From: Malacoraja senta
Lineage: Eukaryota
Assembly (NCBI GenBank): GCA_038087875.1
Contig: CM076000.1
Location: 992,001 to 1,056,000 of the forward strand
Reading direction: 5' to 3'
Length of the DNA stretch: 64,000 nt
Below the pieces are notes generated by a model, which saw only the letters and a list, made by a program, of their open reading frames with translations, was not told where the DNA came from and ran no database searches. Made by a program: the position numbers and the translations under genes. Below are positions 63,419-64,000 of the stretch, piece after piece; the stretch's first letter is position 1, and each line of letters opens with the position of its first letter.

Positions 63419-64000
63419 GTAAAATGTGTTTAGCATACACTGAAGTTCATCAGCGGAAAAACCAGAACAATATGTATTCCAGCATAGGTAGCCTGCCTGT
63501 GGTTCTAGCTTGTTTATGTTCATTTTCTCAGGGCTGTTGTGCACTGGCTCCCAGTGCACAGATTTGAGGTTCTCAATGCATTTCAAATGCTGCTTCTCTA
63601 CTTTGAGGCATCGTATTGAGAGATTGCCAGGATACAATAGAGATGTTGCATTTCTTCAAAGATGATTTCAACACAAACCTCAATCTTTTCCTCTGTTCAC
63701 TTTTTAAATTTAAACCCATGACAGAGTTTGGAATAATGTACCTGTTTCAGGAGGCTAGTTGGATATATGTATAAAGAAGCAAGCCAATTGAATGTAACAA
63801 GAACATTCGTGCTGAGAGTGTTAGCCCGAGAAAGGACACTCTTATAGATTTACTTTGTTGGTCAGCCTTGGTGTGATTTTTCCATTGTTCTGAGGTGCCT
63901 GCTGTAGGTAATCCTAGTCTCAGAACGTTATGAGATGCCAGGAATTGCTGCTGCCAGATGATTTGTGGTGTCTGAATTCTTGAACTTCAAACACCTCTTA

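Overview
Vertebrate genomic DNA. The repeat complement (V-SINEs, CR1, Penelope) points to a cartilaginous fish, probably a skate or ray; this is inference. Two spliced genes lie on the + strand in the order known from human (NMS then PDCL3). (1) A neuromedin S precursor gene: six small exons at 3380-8344 are intact and encode the pro-region and the NMS-precursor-related peptide (NSRP, FLFHYSKTQ...KLSE). The exons for the mature NMS peptide (16297-16600) are recognisable but decayed, with three lost splice dinucleotides, an in-frame stop and FFLFR-PRN changed to FLPFR-PHN. (2) An intact six-exon PDCL3 gene (32147-48419, 238 aa). Between them is a young 5.96-kb provirus (LTRs ~99% identical, CATGG TSD, tRNA-Pro PBS). 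Its interior is a mosaic of HERV-I-like ends, gag and integrase relics of a second retrovirus, and a captured CR1 RT fragment, with patchy strand-specific C depletion. Also present: a THAP-relic fold-back transposon at the PDCL3 promoter; a 1.44-kb gag-only Gypsy-type element with identical LTRs; a non-autonomous Helitron; Harbinger-type MITEs; many short Penelope cassettes with hammerhead-like cores and TSDs; L1, RTE, Rex and CR1 fragments; and a ~1-kb perfect GT tract. All calls were made by eye; repeat boundaries are approximate unless a TSD is quoted.
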